DNA of 64,000 nt from Fibrobacterota bacterium. GTDB taxonomy: Bacteria > Fibrobacterota > Fibrobacteria > UBA11236. Made by a program: the position numbers and the translations under genes. The notes beneath the pieces were generated by a model. The model was not told where the DNA came from. It worked only from the letters and a program-made list of their open reading frames with translations, and did no database searches. Below, in pieces: positions 8,887-18,392 of this stretch; the stretch's first letter is position 1; every line of letters begins with the position of its first letter. The DNA lies in NCBI GenBank assembly GCA_947466585.1, contig CANIEU010000011.1, positions 2,285 to 66,284 on the forward strand, written 5' to 3'.

Positions 8887-9395
8887 TTCTTCAAAATCCC
8901 TTGCTCTTTCGCCTCGGCCAACTTGGCTTCGGTTGACAGGCAGGTCTCGCAATCTTCGGTGAGCAGGTCGACGGTGACCCGGATCACCGGAACGCGGGTC
9001 TCACGCACGGTGGTGCGGGTGCGGCTGGCTTCGAGTTCCTGTTCGCGCCGCCACTCCCACTCGGTCATTTCTTGGCGCTCGGCGGTCCACGGCCTGCGGG
9101 GGAACAAATCCGGGTCGCGGGTGAGCGAACGGGTTTCGCCGGTGCGCGAACCGGCGATGCGGAAGTACGCCATCTTTTTCTGCTTCGCAATTTCCGCGGC
9201 GCGCACGATGGCGTAGTTCTTCGCGGTGGCCTCGTCCATACCGGTGAGGCCGTGATACACGACCTCGTAGCGGTTCTTCGCCGTGCCCACTTCGGAGTAG
9301 CCTACGCCGCCACTGAAGGCCTGATAGGGGGTTACCGCACATCCCAGGAATAGACCGGAGAGCGCGAGAGCGGGCAAGAAGAGTTTCCGGGTCAT
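8883..9395 (-). CDS. Lipoprotein, CC0125/CC1285-like family
   Basis: Lipobox LFLG-C, then TPYQ...GYSE....NRYEV.Y, and YAIVRAAE. Confidence 0.7.
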   Translation of the reverse strand: MTRKLFLPALALSGLFLGCAVTPYQAFSGGVGYSEVGTAKNRYEVVYHGLTGMDEATAKNYAIVRAAEIAKQKKMAYFRIAGSRTGETRSLTRDPDLFPRRPWTAERQEMTEWEWRREQELEASRTRTTVRETRVPVIRVTVDLLTEDCETCLSTEAKLAEAKEQGILKK

Positions 9396-9439
9396 GGGGA
9401 TAATTTACACGCCCGAAATCCGGACGGTTTCCCGTTCGC

Positions 9440-10450
9440 TTATTTCTTCTTCAGCAAATACGCGGGCGCCGCCAGCAGGGCGATGATGAGGCCGATGCTG
9501 TGCACCAAGGCGGGAATTTCGGCCTGCCCGTGCGTGGCGCCCACCGCGGTATACAGGAGCTTGCCTGCCGCTTCGCCCACCCCGAGGCCAGCCGGCGAAA
9601 TCGGAATGCCATTGGCGAAGGTGAGTGTGGGCGCGACATAGGCATGAAGCCGGAACGGCAGCGAAACGTCGAGCGCGCCCGCGCAAAGTGCGTAAATGAG
9701 AATCAGAAAGAGATGGACGCCGACGGAAAGACCGATGCCGCCCAGAAAGGGAACCGGATATTTACGAAAGGAGGCGAGAGCCAAACCGAACTCTGCCATA
9801 AACCCGCGGGGCGTTTCCGGCGCCAGAATTTCGGAAGCCGGTACCGCCTTGGGGATGCGTTTAAAACTCCAGGGGGAAAGAAAGGTGGCGGTCAACAGCG
9901 AAACGGCTGCCGCCACGCAGAGGATGAATACGGCCTGCACGAAGAGTGTGGGCGAGGAACTCCATAAATCCATGTTGACCAGATTCGCAACCGCCGCCAG
10001 ACCTATCAAACCGAACATTCCGGTAACGCGGTCCGCAACCATGGTGCCGAGCGCCGCCGCGGATTCCGTTTTCCCGCGGCCCTTGAGGAGATACCATCCC
10101 TTTGCGATATCGCCGCCCGTTCCTCCGGGCAGAAATCCGTTGAAGAACAATCCGGTCAGGTGCAACCGGATCGAAGCGCCCAGCGTGATCGGAACTTTCG
10201 CGGCGCGCAGAAACCAGTACCATCGTGCCCAAGAGCACACTTGAAGCGGGATGAGATAAATGAGAAAGGCCGAAGCGTAGAGCAGGGGATGCTGGTGGAT
10301 CGCCGTCCACAGCAGAGCGGGCTTCAGAGCACCGGATTTGATGAGATACCCGACGACCACCGCGCCGATGCCGACGCGCAGAAGGTGTCCCGCCCATGTT
10401 TTGAAACGGGAAGAAGCGGTAGTCGATGCGGGTGCGGCGTTTGCGGTCAT
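9440..10450 (-). CDS. Lysylphosphatidylglycerol synthase TM-domain / UPF0104 flippase-like membrane protein
   Basis: RW..FL, GLFFNGFLPGGTGGD, DRVTG, PISPAGLGVGE. Confidence 0.85.
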   Translation of the reverse strand: MTANAAPASTTASSRFKTWAGHLLRVGIGAVVVGYLIKSGALKPALLWTAIHQHPLLYASAFLIYLIPLQVCSWARWYWFLRAAKVPITLGASIRLHLTGLFFNGFLPGGTGGDIAKGWYLLKGRGKTESAAALGTMVADRVTGMFGLIGLAAVANLVNMDLWSSSPTLFVQAVFILCVAAAVSLLTATFLSPWSFKRIPKAVPASEILAPETPRGFMAEFGLALASFRKYPVPFLGGIGLSVGVHLFLILIYALCAGALDVSLPFRLHAYVAPTLTFANGIPISPAGLGVGEAAGKLLYTAVGATHGQAEIPALVHSIGLIIALLAAPAYLLKKK

Positions 10451-10556
10451 AGTAGGGGAGAAAAGGGGTTTTCCGGAATCAGGTAACAGGTAACAGCTTT
10501 TCGAGAAACAGGATGCTTTTTTTTCGTCATTTTTCCGTTACAAGTTCCCCGTTCCC

Positions 10557-11204
10557 CTAGGCAGGGATGCCGTCGAAGTTCCGGCAAAAGCTTTGGCGAT
10601 GCAGCGGCGTCAGCCCGAGGCGGAGGATCGCCTGCGTGTGTTCGGCTGTGCCGTACCCTTTGTGCGCCGCGAACCCGTACCCCGGAAAGGCGGTCTCGGC
10701 CTTTTGCATCGAAAGATCCCGGTGCACCTTGGCCAGCACCGAGGCGGCCGCGATGGAGGCCGACAGGGCGTCGCCTTTGACCACCGTGGTCTGCGGAAGC
10801 GCGATTCCGGGAATCTTCTGATTCCCGTCCACCAGCAACAGGCTCGGCTGCACGTCCATCGCCTGAATCTTCTCCAGTGCGCGACGCATGGCGAGAAAGG
10901 TCGCTTGAAGAATATTGATCTGATCGATTTCTTCGGGGGTCGCTTCTCCGATCGACCAAGCGAGCGCGCACTCCCGGATGCGGGGTGCCAGTGCCTCGCG
11001 CTTCGCCGGGGTCAGCTTCTTCGAGTCGTTGAGTCCGGGGAGGAGGCCACCTGTGAGGTCGCACTCCCGAAAGATCGCGCAGGCCGCCACCACATTACCG
11101 GCGAGCGGGCCGCGTCCGACTTCGTCGACGCCGCACAAGACGCGGCCATCCGTCGCGAAGGCGCGATCGTGCGCCCACAGGGCAATGGAGGGATCGACTC
11201 TCAC
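10557..11204 (-). CDS. rnhB: Ribonuclease HII
   Basis: GVDEVGRGPLAG, LNDSKKL, IAAASVLAKV.RD, HKGYGT. Confidence 0.96.
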   Translation of the reverse strand: MRVDPSIALWAHDRAFATDGRVLCGVDEVGRGPLAGNVVAACAIFRECDLTGGLLPGLNDSKKLTPAKREALAPRIRECALAWSIGEATPEEIDQINILQATFLAMRRALEKIQAMDVQPSLLLVDGNQKIPGIALPQTTVVKGDALSASIAAASVLAKVHRDLSMQKAETAFPGYGFAAHKGYGTAEHTQAILRLGLTPLHRQSFCRNFDGIPA

Positions 11205-11938
11205 GCGGCTTGTACGCCCGGTGCTTCAGATACGCCAGGCGCTTCCAGCGCGGCCATACGGGCCACCCACGCCGGGTTCACGCGCACGGCCTGCGCCGGA
11301 TCGTCGCTGTCGGTGGGTACGATGTCGCCGTCGGCGAAGGCCTTGAGCACGCGCCAGTAGCTGTCGTGTTCGAGCGCGAGCACGAGGCGGCCGACCTCTT
11401 CCGGGCTTGCGCTCGTTGGAATCCCGGCGCGGCGTTGCAGAAGGATCTGACCTTCATCGTAGTTTTGGTTGACCATATGGATGGTCATGCCGCTTTCGGT
11501 TTTGCCGGCGCGTACCACCGCTTCGTGCACGTGGTGCCCGTACATGCCGGCGCCGCCGAATTCGGGCAGCAGGGCCGGGTGGATGTTGATCACGCGGTTT
11601 TTCATGCGCCCGAGCACGGCGTCCGGCACTTTTTTCATGTAGCCCGCCAGCACCAGTAGATCGGCAGGGTGGTTGTCGAGTAACTCGAGCAGGCGCGCGC
11701 CCACACGGTCCTCCGACCCTTCGGTCTTGACGCTCACATGATAGGCGGGGGCGCCGACAGCGCGGGATTTATCCAACGCGGGCGATCCGCTGTTGTTGGA
11801 TACGGTGAAAACAAGGCGCGCCGGCCACAGTGGGTGCCCGGCGCGTGATTGATCCAGGATGGCCTGGAGATTGGAGCCGCCTCCCGAAGCGAGGGTGGCG
11901 AAACGAAAGAAAGACGGTTCCGGAGAAGCGGGACTCAA
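11201..11938 (-). CDS. purN: Phosphoribosylglycinamide formyltransferase
   Basis: SGGGSNLQA, LAGYM, INIHPALLP.FGG.GMYG, YDEG. Confidence 0.93.
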   Translation of the reverse strand: MSPASPEPSFFRFATLASGGGSNLQAILDQSRAGHPLWPARLVFTVSNNSGSPALDKSRAVGAPAYHVSVKTEGSEDRVGARLLELLDNHPADLLVLAGYMKKVPDAVLGRMKNRVINIHPALLPEFGGAGMYGHHVHEAVVRAGKTESGMTIHMVNQNYDEGQILLQRRAGIPTSASPEEVGRLVLALEHDSYWRVLKAFADGDIVPTDSDDPAQAVRVNPAWVARMAALEAPGVSEAPGVQAA

Positions 11939-11945
11939 GGCGCGC

Positions 11946-13505
11946 TCACGCGTCCGTAGTCACCGGGTTCTCGGTCTTTTCGAGACGCGCGGTCAGTTCG
12001 CGTGCCGAAGGCTCCTTGGGCGCCGAATAACCGCTCGACTCCTGGGGCGCTCCGTGTTTGCGGAACAGGTGCTTGAACAGCGTGCCCGCACCGCGGAAAA
12101 CGCGATAGCGCTCGCGGCTGTTGGTGAGCGCCATGTAGGCTTGCGTCAGCACGTACTTGGGACGCAGGTAGAACTCGCGGCGCGCGCGGTCGCAGAAATC
12201 GACCAGTTGCTGCGAAGTGAGGCCTTTGCGGATCACCGTGGTGTTGTGCTGGCCGTCCTTGTCGAGCCAATTGTCGTAGTCTTCGGAGGCGAGTTCGCCG
12301 CGTTCCTTGGCCTCGTCGTATGCCGAGGTGCCGGGGTAGGCCATGATGGGGTAGAACTGCGCGGTGTTGGGGTTGAGTTTCTTCGCGAACTCGAGCGTGG
12401 CCTGCAGCGTCTCGGGCGTGTCGCCGAGGTTGCCGACCATGAAGCAGCCGTGAATGAGGATGCCGGCGTCGTTGGCGCCGTCCATGAAGCGCGCGGCCAT
12501 GCCGTCGGCGAGACCCTTCTTCACGTTCTTGAGCACGTCGGTTGAGCAGGACTCGAAGCCGACGCACAGTTCGCGGCAGCCGGCCTTCTTCATCTTTTTG
12601 AGCACGTCGGGCTTCACGTCGGCGCGGGCGTTGGCCGACCAGGTGATCTTCACGCCGCGGCGGATGATCTCGTCGCAGAGCTCGGCCGTGCGGGTCGGGT
12701 GCGCGGTGAAGGTGTCGTCTTCGAAGAACACTTCGCCCAGGTCGGGGAAGGCGGCCTTGATGTATTCCAGTTCATCCACCACGTCGCCGATGCTGCGCTT
12801 GCGGTAGGTGTGGCCCGTGAGGGTCTGCGGGATCACGCAATAGGTGCAGCGGAAGGGGCAGCCGCGACCGGAGAGGATCACGATTAGCGGGTTGATGTTC
12901 GCGCCGTAGAAATAGCGCTTGTAGCAAGAGAACAGATGTTTGCGGTAGACCTTGCTGACCCACGGCAGCGCGTCGAGATCTTCGATCTTGGGACGCTCGG
13001 CGTTCTGCTTGTTCTCGTCTCCCTCACGGTAGGCGATACCGAGGATTTTGGAGGGGGCATCGGGACCGTCGCCGCGCACGTGGCGGACGAGTTCGCGAGC
13101 GGTGTAATCGGCTTCGCCGATGATCACGAAATCGACGGCGGGCTCGCGCTCGAGGATTTCGATCGGCTCGGCGGTGGCGTGCGTGCCCATCATGGCGACG
13201 CGGCAACCCACAGCTTCCTTGATGGCCTTGGCCACGCGCATGTCGTTGTTGATGGAGGGCGTCGAGGTGTTCAGCACCGCGAACTCGGGCTTGAAGGCGC
13301 GGATTTTCTCCAAGGTGCCTTCGAGGTCCAGATCCATGGCCGGGGAGTCGAGAAACAGCATTTCATTGCCGTCTTCTTCCACGCAACCCGCGGCATAGGC
13401 CATGAACATGGGCCAGTACAACGTGCTCGATTTGGTCACGCTGGGGCTGCGGGACTCACGCGAGAACATCGCGAAATAAGGGGGGTTGAGAAAAAGAACT
13501 TTCAT
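11946..13505 (-). CDS. B12-binding-domain radical SAM protein (HpnJ-like)
   Basis: MKVLFLNPP, SGRGCPFRCTYC (CxxxCxxC), FEDDTF, VGFES, YPGT. Confidence 0.85.
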   Translation of the reverse strand: MKVLFLNPPYFAMFSRESRSPSVTKSSTLYWPMFMAYAAGCVEEDGNEMLFLDSPAMDLDLEGTLEKIRAFKPEFAVLNTSTPSINNDMRVAKAIKEAVGCRVAMMGTHATAEPIEILEREPAVDFVIIGEADYTARELVRHVRGDGPDAPSKILGIAYREGDENKQNAERPKIEDLDALPWVSKVYRKHLFSCYKRYFYGANINPLIVILSGRGCPFRCTYCVIPQTLTGHTYRKRSIGDVVDELEYIKAAFPDLGEVFFEDDTFTAHPTRTAELCDEIIRRGVKITWSANARADVKPDVLKKMKKAGCRELCVGFESCSTDVLKNVKKGLADGMAARFMDGANDAGILIHGCFMVGNLGDTPETLQATLEFAKKLNPNTAQFYPIMAYPGTSAYDEAKERGELASEDYDNWLDKDGQHNTTVIRKGLTSQQLVDFCDRARREFYLRPKYVLTQAYMALTNSRERYRVFRGAGTLFKHLFRKHGAPQESSGYSAPKEPSARELTARLEKTENPVTTDA

Positions 13506-13580
13506 AAGATCCGGCCTCCGGCGTTGCGGGTGCGGTGCGGGGTGAAAAGCCCCGGCTGCCATGCAACGTTGTGTTGCGGA

Positions 13581-13609
13581 AAACTACCTAGAAGGGGGGG
13601 GTAAATCAA
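13581..13609 (-). promoter_or_regulatory. Putative sigma70 promoter TTGATT-N17-TAGTTT with a C8 tract in the spacer
   Basis: Read on the minus strand upstream of the radical SAM gene. Confidence 0.4.
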
Positions 13610-13906
13610 CTAAACCGGGGGAGTGAGGGGGGGCGAGTTTTGGGCTCTAGGGGTGCTGAGGGGTTAACCGAGGTCTCCTGGGCGACACCAAATTAAATAG
13701 CGGGAACAAATAGCGATTTTTACGCAGAATTCGAGGGGTCTGTGACCCACGATTTCCCATTTTTACTCAATCCGGTTTGTTCAGAGTTGCGTAACAAAGT
13801 GTGCAGTACCGTACCCCCCGAAACTCTCAAAGCGTCATTCGGCAGGGAGCTATTTTGATCGAAACCGTAATATTGGGGTTTGCAGGAATGCGCCCAGGAA
13901 TTTTGA

Positions 13907-14743
13907 ATGAGCACCACGCCCCCCCTCTCCAGGAATCCCGAACTCTTCCTCACCCCTTCGCTCCATGAGCTGCGCGGCCGTCTGGAGACGCATGCCGTGT
14001 TTTCTGCGTTGGCCAGCCAGGATCACTTGCGGGCCTTCATGCAAATCCATGTGTTCGCCGTATGGGACTTTATGTCTTTAGTCAAGCGGCTGCAGCAAGA
14101 ACTGACGAGCAAAACCCTGCCTTGGTTACCCCCTCAAGACCCCGAAGCGGCGCGACTGATCAATGACATCGTGCTTGCAGAGGAAAGTGACATCGGGCTT
14201 GATGGTCGACCGATGAGCCACTTCGACCTGTACCTCGGGGCCATGCGCGAGGTTGGTGCAGACACCGCAGTGATTCTTCGCTTTTTGGCGGCCCTTCGCC
14301 AAGGCGTCACAACGACTGAGGCGCTGGCAGACCCAGAGATTCCTCCTTTCGTTCGCGAATTTGTTGGCGTCACGCTTGGTATCGCCTTTCAAGGCGATCG
14401 CCTACAAGTCATGGCGAGTTTTTTGTACGGGCGTGAGAACATCATTCCGGCCATGTTTCAAAACTTGCTGAAGGGTTGGGGCGTTGATCGCCTTGATGCC
14501 CCTCAATTCGTCTACTACCTGCAACGACACATCGAGGTCGACACCGACACGCATGGCCCCTCTGCCGCAAGGTTGCTGGGTCGTGAACTGGAACGGAATC
14601 CGGATGGATTGGAAACCGTCCGAAGCGCCGCACACGAAGCGATGTCTGCTCGCCTCCGCCTTTGGGACAGTACTTTGGAGGCCCTAAACCGTGTGAAATC
14701 ACAGACCGGATGGGATTCGGGACAGATCAAAACTCGAGCCTAA
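13907..14743 (+). CDS. DUF3050 family protein (heme-oxygenase-like fold)
   Basis: FMQIHVFAVWDFMSLVKRLQ, RLINDIVLAEESD, SHFDLYL.AM, GRE..IP.MF, YYLQRHIEVD...HGP. Confidence 0.85.
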   Translation: MSTTPPLSRNPELFLTPSLHELRGRLETHAVFSALASQDHLRAFMQIHVFAVWDFMSLVKRLQQELTSKTLPWLPPQDPEAARLINDIVLAEESDIGLDGRPMSHFDLYLGAMREVGADTAVILRFLAALRQGVTTTEALADPEIPPFVREFVGVTLGIAFQGDRLQVMASFLYGRENIIPAMFQNLLKGWGVDRLDAPQFVYYLQRHIEVDTDTHGPSAARLLGRELERNPDGLETVRSAAHEAMSARLRLWDSTLEALNRVKSQTGWDSGQIKTRA

Positions 14744-14767
14744 TCTCAGCGCGCAAAAAGAGCGCTG

Positions 14768-14800
14768 AAAAAAAAGGCCGCCTCCCTGAGGAAGCGGCCC
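14768..14800 (-). terminator. Intrinsic terminator of gndA
   Basis: GGCCGCTTCC-TCAG-GGAGGCGGCC followed by T8 on the minus strand. Confidence 0.8.
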
Positions 14801-14824
14801 AGATTCATCCGGTCGGTCACCGTC

Positions 14825-16246
14825 CTACGCTTCAAGCCATTCGGTGTGAAAGTGGCCCGGCTTGTCCACGCGCTCATAGGTGTGCGCACCGAAGTAGTCG
14901 CGTTGCGCCTGCAGCAGGTTCGCTGGCAGCTCGGGGCTGCGGTAGCTGTCGTAGTACCCCAGCGCCGACGTAAAGGCCGGCACGGCGATGCCCGAGAGAA
15001 TGGCTTCCGACACGGCGAGACGCCAGTTGGACTCCGCCTTCTGGATCACGTTCGTGAAGTAGGGCGCGAGGATCAGATTGCGGAGGCCGGGCTCGGCTTC
15101 GAACGCCTTCTTGATCTCCTCGAGGAACGCCGCACGGATGATGCATCCGCCGCGCCACAGGTACGCGATGGATCCGAAATTCAGATCCCACTTGTATTCC
15201 TGGCCCGCGGCGCGCAGCAGTTGGAAGCCCTGCGCGTACGACATGATCTTGGAGGCGTACAGCGCCTCGTGGATGGCCTGCAGAAACTTTTCGCGGTCTT
15301 CCTGCGTGCGCAATGCCGGGGCGGCGAACTTGCGGCCGGCGGCCACGCGCTCGTCCTTGAGCGACGAGAGCTGGCGAGCCACCACGGCTTCCATCATGGT
15401 GGGAATGGGAATGCCGAGATCCATCGCGTTCTGAGAAGTCCACTTGCCGGTACCCTTTTGGCCGGCCTTGTCGAGGATCACGTCCACCAACCACTTGCCG
15501 GTGGCGGGATCCTTTTTGGCGAGGATGTCGCGCGTGATTTCGATGAGGTACGAATCGAGAGGTCCCTTGTTCCATTTCGCGAAGGTCTCGCTTATCTCGG
15601 GCGGCGTCATGCCGAGCAGATGCTTCATCATCGCGTAGGCTTCGCAGATCAATTGCATGTCGCCGTACTCGATGCCGTTATGCACCATCTTCACGTAGTG
15701 GCCGGCGCCGTCGTTGCCGACCCAGTCACAACAGGGGATATCGCCGTTCGGCCCGACCTTCGCGGAGATGGCCTGGAAGATGGGTTTGAGAAAGGGCCAC
15801 GAAGCGGCAGAGCCGCCGGGCATGATGGACGGTCCTTTAAGCGCGCCCTCTTCACCGCCGGAAACGCCGACGCCGCCGAAGAGGAAACCCTTCGACTCGA
15901 GGTAGGCCGTGCGGCGGATGCTGTCGGGGAAGTAGCTGTTGCCGCCGTCGACGAGAATGTCGCCGGGAGCGAGGAAGGGGATCAGTTGGTCGATGAGCGC
16001 GTCCACTGCGGGACCGGCCTTCACCATCATCATGATCTTGCGGGGGAGTTTGAGCGAGCCCACGAACTCTTCGATACTGTGCGAGCCGACGAGATTCTTG
16101 CCCTTGCCACGGCCGTTCACGAGGTCGTCCACCTTGGACGTGGTCCGGTTGTAAACCGCCACGGTGTAACCCCGGCTTTCCATGTTAAGCACGAGGTTTT
16201 CACCCATAACCGCGAGGCCGATGAGGCCGATGTCCGCTTGCGCCAT
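14825..16246 (-). CDS. gndA: 6-phosphogluconate dehydrogenase (NADP+, decarboxylating)
   Basis: GLAVMG, VSGGEEGA, GHYVKMVHNGIEYGDMQ, QKGTGKWT, QAQRDYFGAHTY. Confidence 0.97.
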   Translation of the reverse strand: MAQADIGLIGLAVMGENLVLNMESRGYTVAVYNRTTSKVDDLVNGRGKGKNLVGSHSIEEFVGSLKLPRKIMMMVKAGPAVDALIDQLIPFLAPGDILVDGGNSYFPDSIRRTAYLESKGFLFGGVGVSGGEEGALKGPSIMPGGSAASWPFLKPIFQAISAKVGPNGDIPCCDWVGNDGAGHYVKMVHNGIEYGDMQLICEAYAMMKHLLGMTPPEISETFAKWNKGPLDSYLIEITRDILAKKDPATGKWLVDVILDKAGQKGTGKWTSQNAMDLGIPIPTMMEAVVARQLSSLKDERVAAGRKFAAPALRTQEDREKFLQAIHEALYASKIMSYAQGFQLLRAAGQEYKWDLNFGSIAYLWRGGCIIRAAFLEEIKKAFEAEPGLRNLILAPYFTNVIQKAESNWRLAVSEAILSGIAVPAFTSALGYYDSYRSPELPANLLQAQRDYFGAHTYERVDKPGHFHTEWLEA

Positions 16247-16464
16247 GATTTTCCCTTTTAAATGTTGTATCAGGGACAGAAAACCTAGCAATTACAGGGG
16301 GTCGAGGAGCCCTGCGGACCCGCGACGGTTCGGTAACGTGTCCGACAAAACAACCTGTCGGGGCTGGGTCTGGGAGGTTGTCGGCCAAATTCCGTCCTTT
16401 GTAAAATATCGCGGCATTCAACCAAGGAATCCCGATGCTTGCAAAATCGCTTTCAAAATTTCGG

Positions 16465-18003
16465 ATGCCGAACTTTTTCTTGGCGCTGACGTTCGTCTCC
16501 CTGCTTTCCGGCGCCTTTTCAGGTGCCTTCGCCCAAGATGCCAAAGAGCCGTCGCGTCCCAAACGCAGTGCGGTGGAGCTCGGCAAAGGCGCGGGCGCGC
16601 AAACCGACCCCAAGCGCGTCGAGGAACTCAACAGCATCTTCGTCAAGGTGGTGGAGGCCGTGGTGCCTGGTGTGGTATCCGTGACGACGGAGAAAAAGTG
16701 GACGCCGCAACCGCCCGAGGCGAACAACCCTTTCTACGAATTCTTCGGCATGCCTGTTCCGCAAGCACCCGAAGAGAAAGGGCCGCGCCGCAACATTCCG
16801 CTCGGCGGCGGATCGGGCTTCGTGGTTTCGCGCGAAGGACACGTGTTCACCAACGCGCACGTGCTCGAAGGCGCCGACATCGTGAAGGTGGGTTTCGCCA
16901 ATCGAAAAACCTACACGGCGCACGTGGTGGGCGTCGACAAAAAAACCGACGTCGCGGTGCTCAAGATCGATGCGCCGCGCAGCGAACTCGTACCGCTCTC
17001 GTTCGGAGACTCGGATGCCTTGCGCATCGGCGAACGCGTGCTCGCCATCGGCACGCCCTTCGCGTTGCAGAACACCGTCACGGCGGGAATCGTCTCGGGC
17101 AAGAGCCGCCGCGATCGCGCTGGCGCGGGCGACTCGTACCAGGACTACATCCAGACCGATGCGGCGGTGAATCCCGGAAACTCCGGCGGCCCGCTGGTGA
17201 ACCTGCGCGGCGAGGTGATCGGCATCAACTCCGCGATTTACACGCGCACCGGCGGATACATGGGCGTCAGTTTTGCGATTCCCATCAACATGGCCGTGAA
17301 GATCGCGGAGGATCTGATCTACGACGGCAAGGTCACGCGGGGCTATCTCGGCGTCAGCATCGACGACGTGGATGAAAACCTCGCCGGTGCGCTGGGGCTG
17401 CCGGTTTTGCAAGGTGCGCTGGTGCGCGAAGTGGTGCCGAACTCTCCGGCGGCCAAGGGCGGCCTCGTCGCCGGAGACATCGTGCTCACCGTCGCCGGCG
17501 GCGACGTGTATGACGCGGCTCATCTGCGCAATCGCGTCGCGGATCTCGCGCCGGGGAAGACCTATCCCTTCGAGATCTGGCGCGAGGGGAAGAAGACCGT
17601 TCTCAACATGAAGGTGGGCGCGCGTCCCGGCGAAGGCGACGAGGCCGCCGACAGCGCCGCCGCGCCGGAGGGCGAGGATACGCGTGGCGGATTCAGTTCG
17701 GGCAAGCTCGGGTTGCGTTTCGAAATCCCCACCGCCGCACTGCGGCAACGCTATAGCCTACCCGGCGACATAAACGGTGCCGTGATCGTGGAAGTGCTCG
17801 ACGGTTCCGCCGCCGCAGACAACGGATTCGGCGAGGGCATGATGATCACGCAGTACAAGCGCCGGCAGGATGCAGCCTTCATTCCCGTCAAAGACGCGAA
17901 GCAACTTTCCGAGGCCATTCGTGCCATGCGGGAAGGCGATCAGATCGCGTTCATGGTGTTCTTCAACGGACGGACGGATTTGAGAGCGCTGAGAGCACGG
18001 TAG
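16465..18003 (+). CDS. Do/DegP/HtrA family periplasmic serine protease with PDZ domains
   Basis: Signal peptide, GSGF, TNAHV, DVAVLK, IQTDAAVNPGNSGGPL, RGYLGV PDZ loop. Confidence 0.93.
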   Translation: MPNFFLALTFVSLLSGAFSGAFAQDAKEPSRPKRSAVELGKGAGAQTDPKRVEELNSIFVKVVEAVVPGVVSVTTEKKWTPQPPEANNPFYEFFGMPVPQAPEEKGPRRNIPLGGGSGFVVSREGHVFTNAHVLEGADIVKVGFANRKTYTAHVVGVDKKTDVAVLKIDAPRSELVPLSFGDSDALRIGERVLAIGTPFALQNTVTAGIVSGKSRRDRAGAGDSYQDYIQTDAAVNPGNSGGPLVNLRGEVIGINSAIYTRTGGYMGVSFAIPINMAVKIAEDLIYDGKVTRGYLGVSIDDVDENLAGALGLPVLQGALVREVVPNSPAAKGGLVAGDIVLTVAGGDVYDAAHLRNRVADLAPGKTYPFEIWREGKKTVLNMKVGARPGEGDEAADSAAAPEGEDTRGGFSSGKLGLRFEIPTAALRQRYSLPGDINGAVIVEVLDGSAAADNGFGEGMMITQYKRRQDAAFIPVKDAKQLSEAIRAMREGDQIAFMVFFNGRTDLRALRAR

Positions 18004-18026
18004 GATAATTATTACCTTCCATTCCG

Positions 18027-18262
18027 CTCACAGGGAGCCCTCCGAACGATTCGGCAGGGCATAACGAGGAATCCCGTTAGAATCGGGAGCGAGCTCGTCG
18101 CTGTAAGCGGTTGATGTTTTCCCGGCGGTTTTTCCGAAAGGAAAGGTCGCCAGCCACTGTCCGGTGCGCCTCCTACCAGAGGCGCATGATCCGGGTGGGA
18201 AGGTGGAAAACTTTGGATCGGTTCGTCCGGTCCCGCCGCAAGCCAGAAGACTCACCTGCGGG
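18027..18262 (+). promoter_or_regulatory. Cobalamin (B12) riboswitch
   Basis: GGAATCCCGTTAGAATCGGGA..GCTGTAA, GCCACTG at 18153, GGGAAGG at 18197 and B12 box AAGCCAGAAGAC. P1 pairs 18027-34 with 18255-62; it precedes a TonB receptor. Confidence 0.88.
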
Positions 18263-18392
18263 TTTACGTGCTGCTCCTCGGGACAAGGGGCGGACGGTCG
18301 CGGGCGTGTTTTCGATTCGCCTGCTGCACGTTCACCCAACCCCCTTCGGCAGCCTTATCGATCCGCGGCCAAGCCCCGCGGAGGAAGGTGAT

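Noticed and set aside
14846-16261. Long antisense or alternate-frame ORFs (also 289-2022, 16519-17748, 28395-29846, 32301-34412, 53043-54473, 56575-58161)
   Set aside because: They overlap clearly recognisable genes and lack motifs; they are shadow ORFs expected from high-GC codon bias.
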